From a virus, in UHGV virus genome UHGV-0204900: 42,057 bases of DNA; one strand, given 5' to 3'. Position numbers and translations under genes: made by a program. Each line of letters begins with the position of its first letter. The first letter of the stretch is position 1. Positions 28,693 to 37,577 of the stretch are shown here, piece after piece. The notes below the pieces were generated by a model that worked only from the letters and a program-made list of their open reading frames with translations, was not told the origin of the DNA and ran no database searches.

Positions 28693-29033
28693 GAACATTT
28701 TCAGTCGATAAAAATAATGATCTCTTTATTGGCCCTGATGGAAACCTCCAGTTCAGTGAAAAAGACGATGCGGTTAAAAACCTTTGTCAGCATTTTGCCA
28801 AGGCAGTGCGTGGTGAAATGTTGCATAAAAAAGATAAAGGTATTCCGTTCTGGCCAACAACCTTTGGTCGCCAAGCTGATATCCCGATGTTTGAAACGGC
28901 GTTTAGACAACGTATGAGCGAAATTGAAGAGGTGGTTGAAGTGACCTATTTTAGCGCCACAGTCGAGAACGGTGAATTGAAGTACCAAGCGACAATTCGC
29001 ACGATATATGGAGGATTTACATTGAATGGCTGA
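28689..29033 (+). CDS. baseplate wedge protein (gpW/gp25-like)
   Basis: 114 aa, located between the spike and the baseplate J gene. Confidence 0.45.
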   Translation: MRTFSVDKNNDLFIGPDGNLQFSEKDDAVKNLCQHFAKAVRGEMLHKKDKGIPFWPTTFGRQADIPMFETAFRQRMSEIEEVVEVTYFSATVENGELKYQATIRTIYGGFTLNG

Positions 29034-30213
29034 CTATCGTTATATTAATAATAAAGGGGTGATTGTTCCAGACACATCGATGTTACGAAATAATGTCGAA
29101 GATGAATTCCGCGCTGTATTTGGTCAATCTATTAATTTATCGCCAGAAACCCCACAAGGGGTATTGGCAACTATGGAAATTGAAAATAGAGATGCCATTG
29201 TTCGTAATAATGCCGAGCTTGCAAATCAAATAAATCCCGATATTGCTGGCGGTGTTTTTCTCGATGCAATATGGGCGTTAATGGGTGGAGAGCGTATTAA
29301 TGCCACACATTCCTATTTAAGTGATGTCGAGTTTACTGGTATTCCCGGTACTATTATTCCTAAAGGCTCTCAGGCGCTCACAATAACAGGTGCTACTTTT
29401 GAAACATTATCACCATTAATTATCGCTAATAATGGGAAAATTAAAGGCGATATGCGAGCTAAAGAATATGGTCCTATTACTTGTGGCGTTGGGCAATTAA
29501 ATAAAGTGGCAAGTTCTGTATTAGGATGGGAAAAAGTGAATAACTTAACCCATGCTGTCGTTGGTCGCTATGCTGAGTCAGATATAAAGGCAAGGCGTCG
29601 GCGTAAACAAACATTAGCTAAAAATACAGTCAGTGTTGCAGAAGCAATTACCTCTTCGCTATATGAATTAGAGGGCGTTAATTCTCTTTCTTTTCGTGAA
29701 AATTTTAATGATAAAGCGTTGGTTGTCGATGGGATCTCATTATTACCTCATAGCATTTATGTGTGTGTAGAAGGTGGAGATAGCCATGAAATTGCTAAAT
29801 CATTATTAAGAACAAAAACAATAGGCGCTGCATTTAATGGTGATATTGAAATAAATGTAATAGAGCCAGCAAGTGGGCAAGAATATCCTATTAAGTTTTC
29901 ACGTCCGAAAGAAGTGCCTGTGTTTTGCCGTGTGTCTGTAAAAAAATCCAATATTGATGCGCAAACCATTATTCCTAATGCGTTAGAGAAATGGGTTCAG
30001 GGCGAAATAGATGGAGATAATGGGCTGGTGGTTGGGCGAGAGGTTTCTCCTTTTGAAATTTCAGCAGCGATTAATGCGGTTGAGCCTCATTTATTTGTCA
30101 CTAAAGTTGAGCTTTCAACAGACGGAAAGAATTGGAATGTTGCATTAATTCCTATCAAACTTAATCAAATTGCCCGATTACCAAAAGGGGCGGTACAAGT
30201 GGTGATCGCATGA
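29026..30213 (+). CDS. baseplate J-like protein (P2 gpJ / Mu gp47 family)
   Basis: 395 aa in the conserved position. N-terminal region is typical of the Baseplate_J family. Confidence 0.75.
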   Translation: MADYRYINNKGVIVPDTSMLRNNVEDEFRAVFGQSINLSPETPQGVLATMEIENRDAIVRNNAELANQINPDIAGGVFLDAIWALMGGERINATHSYLSDVEFTGIPGTIIPKGSQALTITGATFETLSPLIIANNGKIKGDMRAKEYGPITCGVGQLNKVASSVLGWEKVNNLTHAVVGRYAESDIKARRRRKQTLAKNTVSVAEAITSSLYELEGVNSLSFRENFNDKALVVDGISLLPHSIYVCVEGGDSHEIAKSLLRTKTIGAAFNGDIEINVIEPASGQEYPIKFSRPKEVPVFCRVSVKKSNIDAQTIIPNALEKWVQGEIDGDNGLVVGREVSPFEISAAINAVEPHLFVTKVELSTDGKNWNVALIPIKLNQIARLPKGAVQVVIA

Positions 30214-30866
30214 ATATTCAAGAATTTGATTTTCATTCTGATCTACTAAAAGCGATCCTCTGGCAATATGAAAATGCAGATAAATTAAAAGCATTAGCAC
30301 ATTTAAAAGCCACTTACTTTAATCAATCTACGGTTTCATTTTGGCAAAACTGGTATCGAGATGTCTTTAATATCGATACAGCTAACGATTTTGGTTTATC
30401 AGTATGGTCACGTATTTTAGATGTGCCTTTAGGAATTGATATTCCTCCTAGTGATAAAAATAAAATAGGTTTTGGCTTTGGTAAAAAGAAAACTAATTTT
30501 AAGGCAAACTTTCGACGAAATGCTGATTACACGTTATCGCTAACTTTAGATCAAAAAAGAATGCTAGTGAGAATGCGTTATTTCAATCTCACTCAAAGTC
30601 CTACCGTAACCAATATTAACAAATTTCTTAAACGTTTTTTCTGGCGTGAAGATAGCAAAGTCTTTGTGCTCGATCCTTTTGATATGACGTATATGTATTA
30701 CGTTTTTAATTTTAATCCAGATGAACGTTTACGTCTTTTATTAGAAAACTTCGATTTAATGCCTCGCCCTTCAGGTGTAGGTGTCAAATATCGCATCATA
30801 ACCAAAAAAGCTTTTGGCTATGCTCAATATCGTAAAAACTTTCTGAAGAGTAATTTCGGAGAATAA
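30210..30866 (+). CDS. tail protein, P2 gpI / Mu gp48-like (DUF2313)
   Basis: 218 aa, following baseplate J and preceding the fibre gene. Confidence 0.55.
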   Translation: MNIQEFDFHSDLLKAILWQYENADKLKALAHLKATYFNQSTVSFWQNWYRDVFNIDTANDFGLSVWSRILDVPLGIDIPPSDKNKIGFGFGKKKTNFKANFRRNADYTLSLTLDQKRMLVRMRYFNLTQSPTVTNINKFLKRFFWREDSKVFVLDPFDMTYMYYVFNFNPDERLRLLLENFDLMPRPSGVGVKYRIITKKAFGYAQYRKNFLKSNFGE

Positions 30867-30871
30867 TTCCT

Positions 30872-32227
30872 ATGACTAAAATATTTAAAACCCCCTTTGC
30901 AACACAAGGGGATAAAACAGTTGTGCCTGTTGAAATACAATCTGATGGTTCTGTCTCTTATACACAAGGTTATGGTTATGATTATGAACGTGACCAAGTT
31001 ACAGACCCTGCCGCTAAAGATATTGAACGTGAAAAAATGAATGGGATATTTCACGATATCACAGAAGCGATTGGCGAAATTCAATCCTTTGGGTTTCCTA
31101 AATGGGATGAAGCCGGTAAGCCATATGCGATACGCGCTATTGTGTATCATAAAAATAAAGTCTGGCAGTCAAAGATTGAGAATAACAATATCGAACCGGT
31201 TACTGGTAATGCATGGGCAGAGTTAAAAGCGGATGCCACGGCAAGCGATGTGGGCGCATATTCAAAAGGGGAGTCCGATAAACGCTTTCAACCACTAGGC
31301 AATTACACACCATCCGGTTATAGCTACTCAAAGGCAGAAACCGACACCAAATATCAACCAAAGGGTAATTATGCCCCCGCGGGGAACTATGCCAATAAAG
31401 GGGATAGTTACACTAAAACGGAAAGTGACGGACGTTATCAAGCGAAAGGAAGTTACCAACCATCAGGCGATTACGCGACAAATTTAGCACTCAATAGTGG
31501 GCTTAATAATAAGTTTGATAAAGGTAATGTAGTTCAAGGTACGGGAACGTCAACGGTTCATGTGATGAGCCAGAAAGCTTCTACAGATGCTTTTCAACCT
31601 AAGGGAAATTATCAACCTAAAGGTAATTATGCATTAGCCGGTGCTTCATATACGAAGACGGAATCGGATGGTCGATACCAAGCTAAAGGGAGTTATGCAA
31701 CGGCTGGAAGTAGCTATACAAAAGCAGAAAGTGACGGACGTTATCAAGGTAAGGGAAATTACCAACCAGCGGGCAATTATGCGCTAGTAGGAGCATCGTA
31801 TACTAAGGCAGAGTCTGACGGTAAATATCAGGCTAAAGGCAGTTATCAAGCTTCTGGTTACAGTTATTCAAAATCAGAATCAGATAGTAAGTATCAACCT
31901 AAAGGAAATTATGCACCAGCTGGAAATTATGGTGCTAAAAATACTGCAAATAAGGCTCAATCAGGTTGGTGGAAATGTGGAGATACAGGAATTATATATC
32001 AGTGGGCTACAGTAAAAGGTTGTACAACTAGAACGGACTTTAGGTCTTTTCCAATTCCTTTTCCTAATAAGTGTTTATCTGTCTCTGGAAGTTATGTCAA
32101 TGAGGATGACTATGGTCAGGGAGTTTCGATAAAAATAAAAAGTAATAAAGATATGTTAATAATTGCACATGGAGCTAGTGGGGAATGGAAAAATTCTGAA
32201 GTACAATATATAGCTATAGGATATTAA
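30872..32227 (+). CDS. tail fibre protein with tandem phage-fibre repeats
   Basis: 451 aa. About 7 repeats of SYTK(A/T)ESDGRYQAKGSY...GNY (Phage_fiber_2-like) between about aa 128 and 346, followed by a distinct C-terminal domain. Confidence 0.8.
   Translation: MTKIFKTPFATQGDKTVVPVEIQSDGSVSYTQGYGYDYERDQVTDPAAKDIEREKMNGIFHDITEAIGEIQSFGFPKWDEAGKPYAIRAIVYHKNKVWQSKIENNNIEPVTGNAWAELKADATASDVGAYSKGESDKRFQPLGNYTPSGYSYSKAETDTKYQPKGNYAPAGNYANKGDSYTKTESDGRYQAKGSYQPSGDYATNLALNSGLNNKFDKGNVVQGTGTSTVHVMSQKASTDAFQPKGNYQPKGNYALAGASYTKTESDGRYQAKGSYATAGSSYTKAESDGRYQGKGNYQPAGNYALVGASYTKAESDGKYQAKGSYQASGYSYSKSESDSKYQPKGNYAPAGNYGAKNTANKAQSGWWKCGDTGIIYQWATVKGCTTRTDFRSFPIPFPNKCLSVSGSYVNEDDYGQGVSIKIKSNKDMLIIAHGASGEWKNSEVQYIAIGY
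31250..31920 (+). repeat. tandem approx 72-bp coding repeats (fibre repeat units)
   Basis: Protein-level repeats YSKGESDKRFQ / YSKAETDTKYQ / YTKTESDGRYQ / YTKAESDGRYQ / YTKAESDGKYQ / YSKSESDSKYQ. Confidence 0.7.
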
Positions 32228-32232
32228 ATGAT

Positions 32233-32254
32233 AAAGGGGATTAACTTCCCCTTT
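32233..32254. terminator. bidirectional intrinsic terminator between convergent fibre and acyltransferase genes
   Basis: AAGGGGA TTAACTT TCCCCTT with flanking A/T runs. Confidence 0.55.
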
Positions 32255-32257
32255 GAT

Positions 32258-33286
32258 TTATACTTTTTTTAACAAATTCACTACTATTTTTTTCATAGGT
32301 AATTCATAGTATTTATAAATAAATATACTACCTAAAATACTTATTGTTAAAATAGAAAGTAACATATAAAAATCACTGCCAAAAAATATTCTATTCTCGA
32401 TAGAAAATCTAATGATTAATTGGTGAATCATATACAGTGAAAAACTCGATTCGCCCAATAGAACTAGTGTTTTATGGGATAAAACTTTTGTAATAAATCC
32501 ATTGGAGTATGATAGGGATATTATTAATACAGACATAGGGATTATGTAATAAATGTCAAAGCGATACGCTATATTAACCATGTAAGAATAATATATAAAT
32601 ATTAAAAATAAAGAAATAGACAATATTTGAAATATTATAACTTGATATGTAGGAATATTAAGATTTAACTTATTGAACCTTAGTCTAAAAATTAAAACAC
32701 CGATAATAAAGTCAGGGAGTCTCAATATTGGTGATATGTATATGTATGCATGAATGGCTTTCTCGCTAATATTTATTTCTGATAATAGTATTTTTAAAAT
32801 AAGTATGAATATAGTTACTTTTATAAGTGTATTTGAACTTCTAGTGATAAGAAAAGGAAAAAGGAAGTAAAAGAATAATTCAACAGAAATACTCCATGAC
32901 GGAGCGTTGAGTGAAAAATAATAACTTGCTTTAGGTATTAAAGCCTGTAAAAGAAAAATGTTTGATAATATTTCTTTTACAGATTCATTTTGATATAAAA
33001 ATAATAATGTAAATAATAAAGTTAAAAGATGAAGTGGGTATATTCTAGCAATCCGTGCTGTATAAAAATCGAATTTATTTTTCTCACCATCTAATAATTT
33101 TTCTTGATAAGAATAAGACAATACAAAACCAGATAAAATAAAAAATAAAGTAACACCAATAAACCCTTCTTTTACATATATAAAATCAAACGGTGTATTT
33201 TTAAAGAAGTCTAAATGTGAAAATAAAACAAATATAGCCGCAAAAAATCTTATAGAAGTTAATGGTAGAATATGGCTTTTATTCAC
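32258..33286 (-). CDS. membrane acyltransferase, Acyltransferase_3 / OafA-like (candidate O-antigen acetylase, lysogenic conversion)
   Basis: 342 aa multi-TM protein. The N-terminus ILPLTSIRFFAAIFVLFSHL matches the acyltransferase-3 family. GTG start. Very AT-rich. Minus strand, between the fibre gene and att. Confidence 0.8.
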   Translation of the reverse strand: MNKSHILPLTSIRFFAAIFVLFSHLDFFKNTPFDFIYVKEGFIGVTLFFILSGFVLSYSYQEKLLDGEKNKFDFYTARIARIYPLHLLTLLFTLLFLYQNESVKEILSNIFLLQALIPKASYYFSLNAPSWSISVELFFYFLFPFLITRSSNTLIKVTIFILILKILLSEINISEKAIHAYIYISPILRLPDFIIGVLIFRLRFNKLNLNIPTYQVIIFQILSISLFLIFIYYSYMVNIAYRFDIYYIIPMSVLIISLSYSNGFITKVLSHKTLVLLGESSFSLYMIHQLIIRFSIENRIFFGSDFYMLLSILTISILGSIFIYKYYELPMKKIVVNLLKKV

Positions 33287-33301
33287 GACAAACCTTATGA
33301 A

Positions 33302-33638
33302 TAGATTGGTTGTTATTATTGCCTCATTCTATCATATTTGCGCATAATCACTAATCCTCTATGGCATTCATACAATTTATTTTTAGTCTAATTTTTGGTC
33401 ATTTTATTGTGTTCAAAAAATTCTTCCAACTTCTCAAACAAATCCCTCGCCACAGCCTCCGTCATATACGTCCTCATTGGCTCCCGTCTAACATCTTTCA
33501 TTTTAAACGTGCTCTCATCAAACATTGGATCAGAAAAGATAATATCCATAAACAGATAGCCATAGGGTTATCTACAGATAAACGGGCCTCTTCTAACTGA
33601 GCAATATATTCAGCATTATTGGTTTCAAGTTTAATCAT
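33302..33638 (-). pseudogene. frameshift-disrupted small ORF (MIKLETNNAEYIAQLEEARLS... / ...MRTYMTEAVARDLFEKLEEFF)
   Basis: Two consecutive minus-strand reading frames (46 aa and 53 aa) would join into an approx 84-aa product with a single indel near 33555. The annotated plus-strand ORF 33361-33600 is probably its antisense artefact. Confidence 0.3.
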
Positions 33639-33823
33639 GGCACCACCTATTTAACTGTGTTTTTATACAGTAATTTATATAGGGTAATGGGTAGGATAGC
33701 AAGTTTAAAATTGCAAATTTATGCATGTGGTAATACAGAGATAAGTGAGGAATTTTTAGTGATAATCCATTGTAGTTTTACCCCAGTTTTACCCCTATTT
33801 TACCCCTCGTAAATTTCAGGCAT

Positions 33824-33853
33824 AAAAAAACCAACCGTAAGAGGTTGGTTTTT
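33824..33853. terminator. bidirectional intrinsic terminator downstream of the tRNA-Pro 3' fragment
   Basis: A7 run, then AACCAACC GTAAGA GGTTGGTT, then T5. Lies just 3' (on the minus strand) of the CCA end of the partial tRNA. Confidence 0.65.
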
Positions 33854-33864
33854 CTAAAGAATTT

Positions 33865-33911
33865 TGGTCGGCATGATAGGATTTGAACCTACGACCCCCG
33901 ACACCCCATGA
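33865..33911 (-). other. attP core: 3' 47 nt of a tRNA-Pro gene (T-arm GGTTCAAATCC, acceptor stem, CCA)
   Basis: Reverse complement CATGGGGTGTCGGGGGTCGTAGGTTCAAATCCTATCATGCCGACCA closely resembles the 3' portion of enterobacterial tRNA-Pro (proK-type), but no 5' half is present. Typical of phage attachment sites that reconstitute a target tRNA. Confidence 0.7.
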
Positions 33912-34425
33912 AACCGACTTTAATTTGTCTAACACTTTGATTATAAATATAAATAATACATTTGCATGTAATTACACACAGTGCTAGATATACAAAATAT
34001 GCATTATAAGAATCAATGGGTTAAGGTGAGTTTTACCACTATATTTATACCTGTTAGCTCAGGTTTGAGCTAACAGGTTTCGTAGGTAGAATATAGCTAA
34101 ACTTAACGATCTAAGTGAAAAGCGGACATTGTATTCGCAAGATAATATGAAATCATTGAAGATTAATGATTTTTCCCTATTTAAATTAGGTAGTACTAAT
34201 TGTTGCTAATATTATTAGAAATTTCACCTAATCAGACTGATTAACAAAAAATATACGATATCAAATAATTAAATTAATTTTTTGGTATATTATATTAATT
34301 CGTTAAAACACAGTAATCCGCTTTTTCACAGAAATTAAACTACCATTTTACTGTGTTTGTATATTGCTTGATTTTTAAGCATGATAATAATAGCTGTGTA
34401 ATGAAACTCGTCTAAGGGAGCAGTT

Positions 34426-34710
34426 ATGAAAAATCCAAGTATTGATAAGCTTCAGAAACAGATAAAAGAAGTGGAACATGCAACAGTAGCGCTGGATGGT
34501 AGTTATAATGTCAATTATGATGCGAATGATCTAGCTAGTATTGAAAATGCAATTCAGGAGGCATGCAGTTTAGTTGATGAACGAGCTTCACAGTACCAAA
34601 CAAATCCTCTCGTCATACCCATAATAGAGCGGGTGAAAGAAAATCTGCGAGAACAGATACTCAATGATGCTGAGCAACAAAGAAATGGGGTGAAGAAAGA
34701 TGGCTATTGA
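34426..34710 (+). CDS. hypothetical small protein (first gene of AT-rich cassette)
   Basis: 94 aa with an AGGGAG RBS. Overlaps the downstream gene by 11 nt. Confidence 0.55.
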   Translation: MKNPSIDKLQKQIKEVEHATVALDGSYNVNYDANDLASIENAIQEACSLVDERASQYQTNPLVIPIIERVKENLREQILNDAEQQRNGVKKDGY

Positions 34711-35599
34711 TATTTTTCAGTCACTGAAAAATGCAGTATTCGATTTACAGCGTGCTGATCTTCAGAACTATCATCAGCCTCTTAAACAGCTAGCTCGTCT
34801 ACTGAAATCGGATGAATTAATCAATATTAATAACTCATTAATACAGGGTGTTAATATTGATGACTTTCTAGCTTCAAGCTACGCCACAGAATCAAGCATG
34901 GCGGGATCTGCAACGCTTCGTTGGCCTGATGAACCATTAGAAATTCTCGGTATCAAGTTGCTTTTAATTGAAAAAATGGCTCGGGATGAAAATTTTACCT
35001 TTAATTTCTGCCATAAATTTTTTTATGATAGAAAGGTAATTGAATCAATAAGGAAATTTACTTCATCCTTCCTCGTTACTTTTATACGTGATTATCAGCT
35101 ATATGTTCAGAATCAGTCAGAACTTAAGCCCAAGATAATACAAAATATCTCTCGTAAGATATTTATTGTTCATGGACACGATTCTGCAACACTTCATGCA
35201 GTGGCTCGTTTTATAGGTAAGATTGGCTTGGAAGAAATTATTCTTTCTGAACGGCCAGATGGTTCGAGAACGATAATTGAAAAATTTGAAGAGGAATCTG
35301 GTGACGCTAGTTTTGCTATCGTACTGATGACGCCTGATGATAATGGAAATGCCGTTGCATCGGAAAACCTAAAGCTTCGCGCTCGTCAGAACGTTCTTTA
35401 TGAACTGGGCTATTTTACTGGCAAGCTAGGGCGGGGGAAAGTTATGGTGCTGAAAAAGGGTGATATAGAAATACCCTCAGATCTGGCAGGTGTCCTATAT
35501 ACGGAACTTGATGAACATAATGGCTGGAAACGAAAACTTATAAGCGAACTGGATTATGCTGGAGTTCCATTCGATAAAGCTAAAGCTCTCATTGCCTAA
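34700..35599 (+). CDS. protein with C-terminal TIR-like nucleotide-binding domain (COG4271 / Cap12-PycTIR-type) and unknown N-terminal domain
   Basis: The C-terminal 150 aa KIFIVHGHDSATLHAVARFIGKIGLEEIILSERPDGSRTIIEKFEE...FAIVLMTPDD...RARQNVLYELGYFTGKLGRGKVMVL...PSDLAGVLY matches the conserved pattern of the predicted nucleotide-binding TIR-like family. N-terminal 150 aa are unassigned. Confidence 0.7.
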   Translation: MAIDIFQSLKNAVFDLQRADLQNYHQPLKQLARLLKSDELININNSLIQGVNIDDFLASSYATESSMAGSATLRWPDEPLEILGIKLLLIEKMARDENFTFNFCHKFFYDRKVIESIRKFTSSFLVTFIRDYQLYVQNQSELKPKIIQNISRKIFIVHGHDSATLHAVARFIGKIGLEEIILSERPDGSRTIIEKFEEESGDASFAIVLMTPDDNGNAVASENLKLRARQNVLYELGYFTGKLGRGKVMVLKKGDIEIPSDLAGVLYTELDEHNGWKRKLISELDYAGVPFDKAKALIA

Positions 35600-35618
35600 A
35601 ACTATGCTAAGTTAAATT

Positions 35619-35641
35619 AGGTCGCAAAGCGACCTTTTTTG
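35619..35641 (+). terminator. intrinsic terminator closing the TIR-like cassette
   Basis: AGGTCGC AAA GCGACCT followed by TTTTTT. Confidence 0.7.
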
Positions 35642-35772
35642 CTGATAGTTTGGCTACCCTTAATTTATTAATTCCTAGCATCTGAAATATCCACTTTGGG
35701 CACAGAATAACCTGTCAATTAAAATTGACCCTGTATCATACCCATATTAGGCCAAATCTGAGCTAATAAAAC

Positions 35773-36948
35773 TCAAGCAATTTCACAATGTGGCACTTCA
35801 ACCCATTGTACATGGTTTTCTGTATAAATCTTGGTTGACTCCGCATCACTGTGAGCCATTCGAGCTTGTGGATCAAAACCACGTTGTTTAAACATAAAGG
35901 CCGCCAATGCTCTTATTTCATGAAAAGTAGGTCTTTCATCTAAAGATAAATGACTGGCAACACCTACTTGATCGCGTAACGCTGAAAATGCACGACTAAG
36001 GTAATCAGGTGCAACTTGTGTTGGATGATTAACTTCTTTACTTACCTTATTTGGGATGCGAGTAGGTAATCTATGCACAATATAAGGGCTTGCCACATTG
36101 TCACGACTATTATCAATGATTTCTTTTAATGCCTTTCCTATGGGAATAGCAACGTGAGACGCTTCTTTGTATTGTACTTTCTGCCTATGGATATAGATCA
36201 TTCCATATATTCCATTTTTAGGCTCCTCATACCAAACACACCCACATATTCCTTCTTTAGGTGCTTTGATATTGTATTTTATGCGTGACACTTCGAGCCT
36301 TGCTTGCGTTGTCTGTAATGCGAGATCCATTGCTGTTCTTAACCAAGGCTCTGCGGATGCTCGAATTTTAAGAAAGTCATCATAAGATAATCTTCTACGT
36401 TTTTTACCATCGACTCTTTTCATTTTCTTACGTTCTGCTGGGTTATCGAACATAAGAGATTCATCTATCGCATAACTGAAAATTTTCTTTAAAAAACCTA
36501 CTTTTCGATTTTGTACATTGGCAGAAGCTTCAGCATGGTATTCATTAATAAATCCATTAACGTGTTCCAAAGATATTTCATTTGATGGAATATCCTTAAA
36601 AAAGGATTTCACTCTTTCTAGGTCGTTAGTCCAGTCATTCAACGTGCTTTTAGATGGTTGTTCATCATTGATGATCCGAGAAAACAATTTATCTAAATGC
36701 TCAGAGAAGGGAAGGGCTTCACCATATTGCCCTCCCGAGTCAATAATTAATGAGTTAACAGAAACACATTTTTCTGGTCGCATAATATTGTTGTATTCTC
36801 TGGCTATTGCGATAGCTTTTGCTTTATCTGCACCAATACATTTGCGAATACCGTTAGTTAGCGTTAAACGATATTGTTTTTTAGATGAATCGTAATATAG
36901 GAAGTCAGGCAAATGCCTAAATTCCTTTCTTCTTGGTCTACTGGCCAT
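35773..36948 (-). CDS. int: tyrosine integrase
   Basis: 391 aa. C-terminal catalytic signature HEIRALAAFMF...(H-x-x-R) and KIYTENH (catalytic Tyr region). Adjacent to the att core and excisionase. Confidence 0.9.
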   Translation of the reverse strand: MASRPRRKEFRHLPDFLYYDSSKKQYRLTLTNGIRKCIGADKAKAIAIAREYNNIMRPEKCVSVNSLIIDSGGQYGEALPFSEHLDKLFSRIINDEQPSKSTLNDWTNDLERVKSFFKDIPSNEISLEHVNGFINEYHAEASANVQNRKVGFLKKIFSYAIDESLMFDNPAERKKMKRVDGKKRRRLSYDDFLKIRASAEPWLRTAMDLALQTTQARLEVSRIKYNIKAPKEGICGCVWYEEPKNGIYGMIYIHRQKVQYKEASHVAIPIGKALKEIIDNSRDNVASPYIVHRLPTRIPNKVSKEVNHPTQVAPDYLSRAFSALRDQVGVASHLSLDERPTFHEIRALAAFMFKQRGFDPQARMAHSDAESTKIYTENHVQWVEVPHCEIA

Positions 36949-36949
36949 A

Positions 36950-37162
36950 TCACGAAGCCCTTATTAACTCATCGACACATGAAGAAATAACGGACTCGAT
37001 ACCCCAACGTTCTGATGAATGTACCCAAACAGAACAATCAACGATTTTGCCTTTTAATAAGCCAGTTTCTACCCATTTTTTTATGGTTCTATTATCTGGA
37101 ATTGAACCTATTTCAAATTCTCGTTTAGCCCACGCACTAGCTTTCATCAGTTTTCCGCTCAT
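36950..37162 (-). CDS. xis: excisionase-like small DNA-binding protein
   Basis: 70 aa, abutting the int start. Preceded by the conserved box GAGGCAAGACCAAAATG. Basic winged-helix-like segment RTIKKWVETGLLKGKIVD. Confidence 0.5.
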   Translation of the reverse strand: MSGKLMKASAWAKREFEIGSIPDNRTIKKWVETGLLKGKIVDCSVWVHSSERWGIESVISSCVDELIRAS

Positions 37163-37334
37163 TTTGGTCTTGCCTCATCATTAATAAAATAAGTCGGTCT
37201 GTTGTATCACAGGAGTGTTTGATTTCAGCGTCAGTGCATGGTCTATTTCTTACACTGAACGCTAACCGACCTAATTTAATATCAAAACTTGTTAATAATT
37301 GGTTCCCTGGTTTCCAAGGTGTTAATAATTTCAT
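37137..37334 (-). CDS. questionable small ORF
   Basis: 66 aa from ATG 37334 with a weak RBS. Overlaps the xis start by 26 nt. The longer 37379 start in the ORF track is less likely. Confidence 0.25.
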   Translation of the reverse strand: MKLLTPWKPGNQLLTSFDIKLGRLAFSVRNRPCTDAEIKHSCDTTDRLILLMMRQDQNERKTDES

Positions 37335-37406
37335 GGTGGTTACCCATTGGTCTTGAATAAACCACCATGCTAATAACAACGAAAAGTAAAAACTGATTAT
37401 GCTTAA

Positions 37407-37577
37407 TCAACTTTTTACCCGAATAATTCCTTCTACTGGATAGCACTCTGCAATTTTCCCTTTGGTCGCGAGTAATTCCTTATCAATTAAACAATTTTGT
37501 TCATTGGGATAAATATAACCGTAGGGCTCGAACTGACAATTCACTGAACTGCATATCAAAAGGAATAAACCAAACAT
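37407..37577 (-). CDS. small Cys-containing protein (56 aa), unannotated
   Basis: The start overlaps the upstream stop as TAATG (translational coupling). Four Cys residues (C9, C14, C29, C45). Below the ORF-track cut-off. Confidence 0.4.
   Translation of the reverse strand: MFGLFLLICSSVNCQFEPYGYIYPNEQNCLIDKELLATKGKIAECYPVEGIIRVKS

Noticed and set aside
33361-33600. 79-aa plus-strand ORF from the track
   Set aside because: It is antisense to a more protein-like but frameshifted minus-strand ORF, lacks an RBS, and its translation is Phe/Ile/Lys-rich as expected for AT-rich non-coding DNA.
34204-34213. Isolated CI operator half-site TGCTAATATT upstream of the TIR-like cassette
   Set aside because: Only one half-site is present, with no partner AATATTAGCA at the correct spacing. 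It is mentioned under the cassette finding but is not called as an operator.
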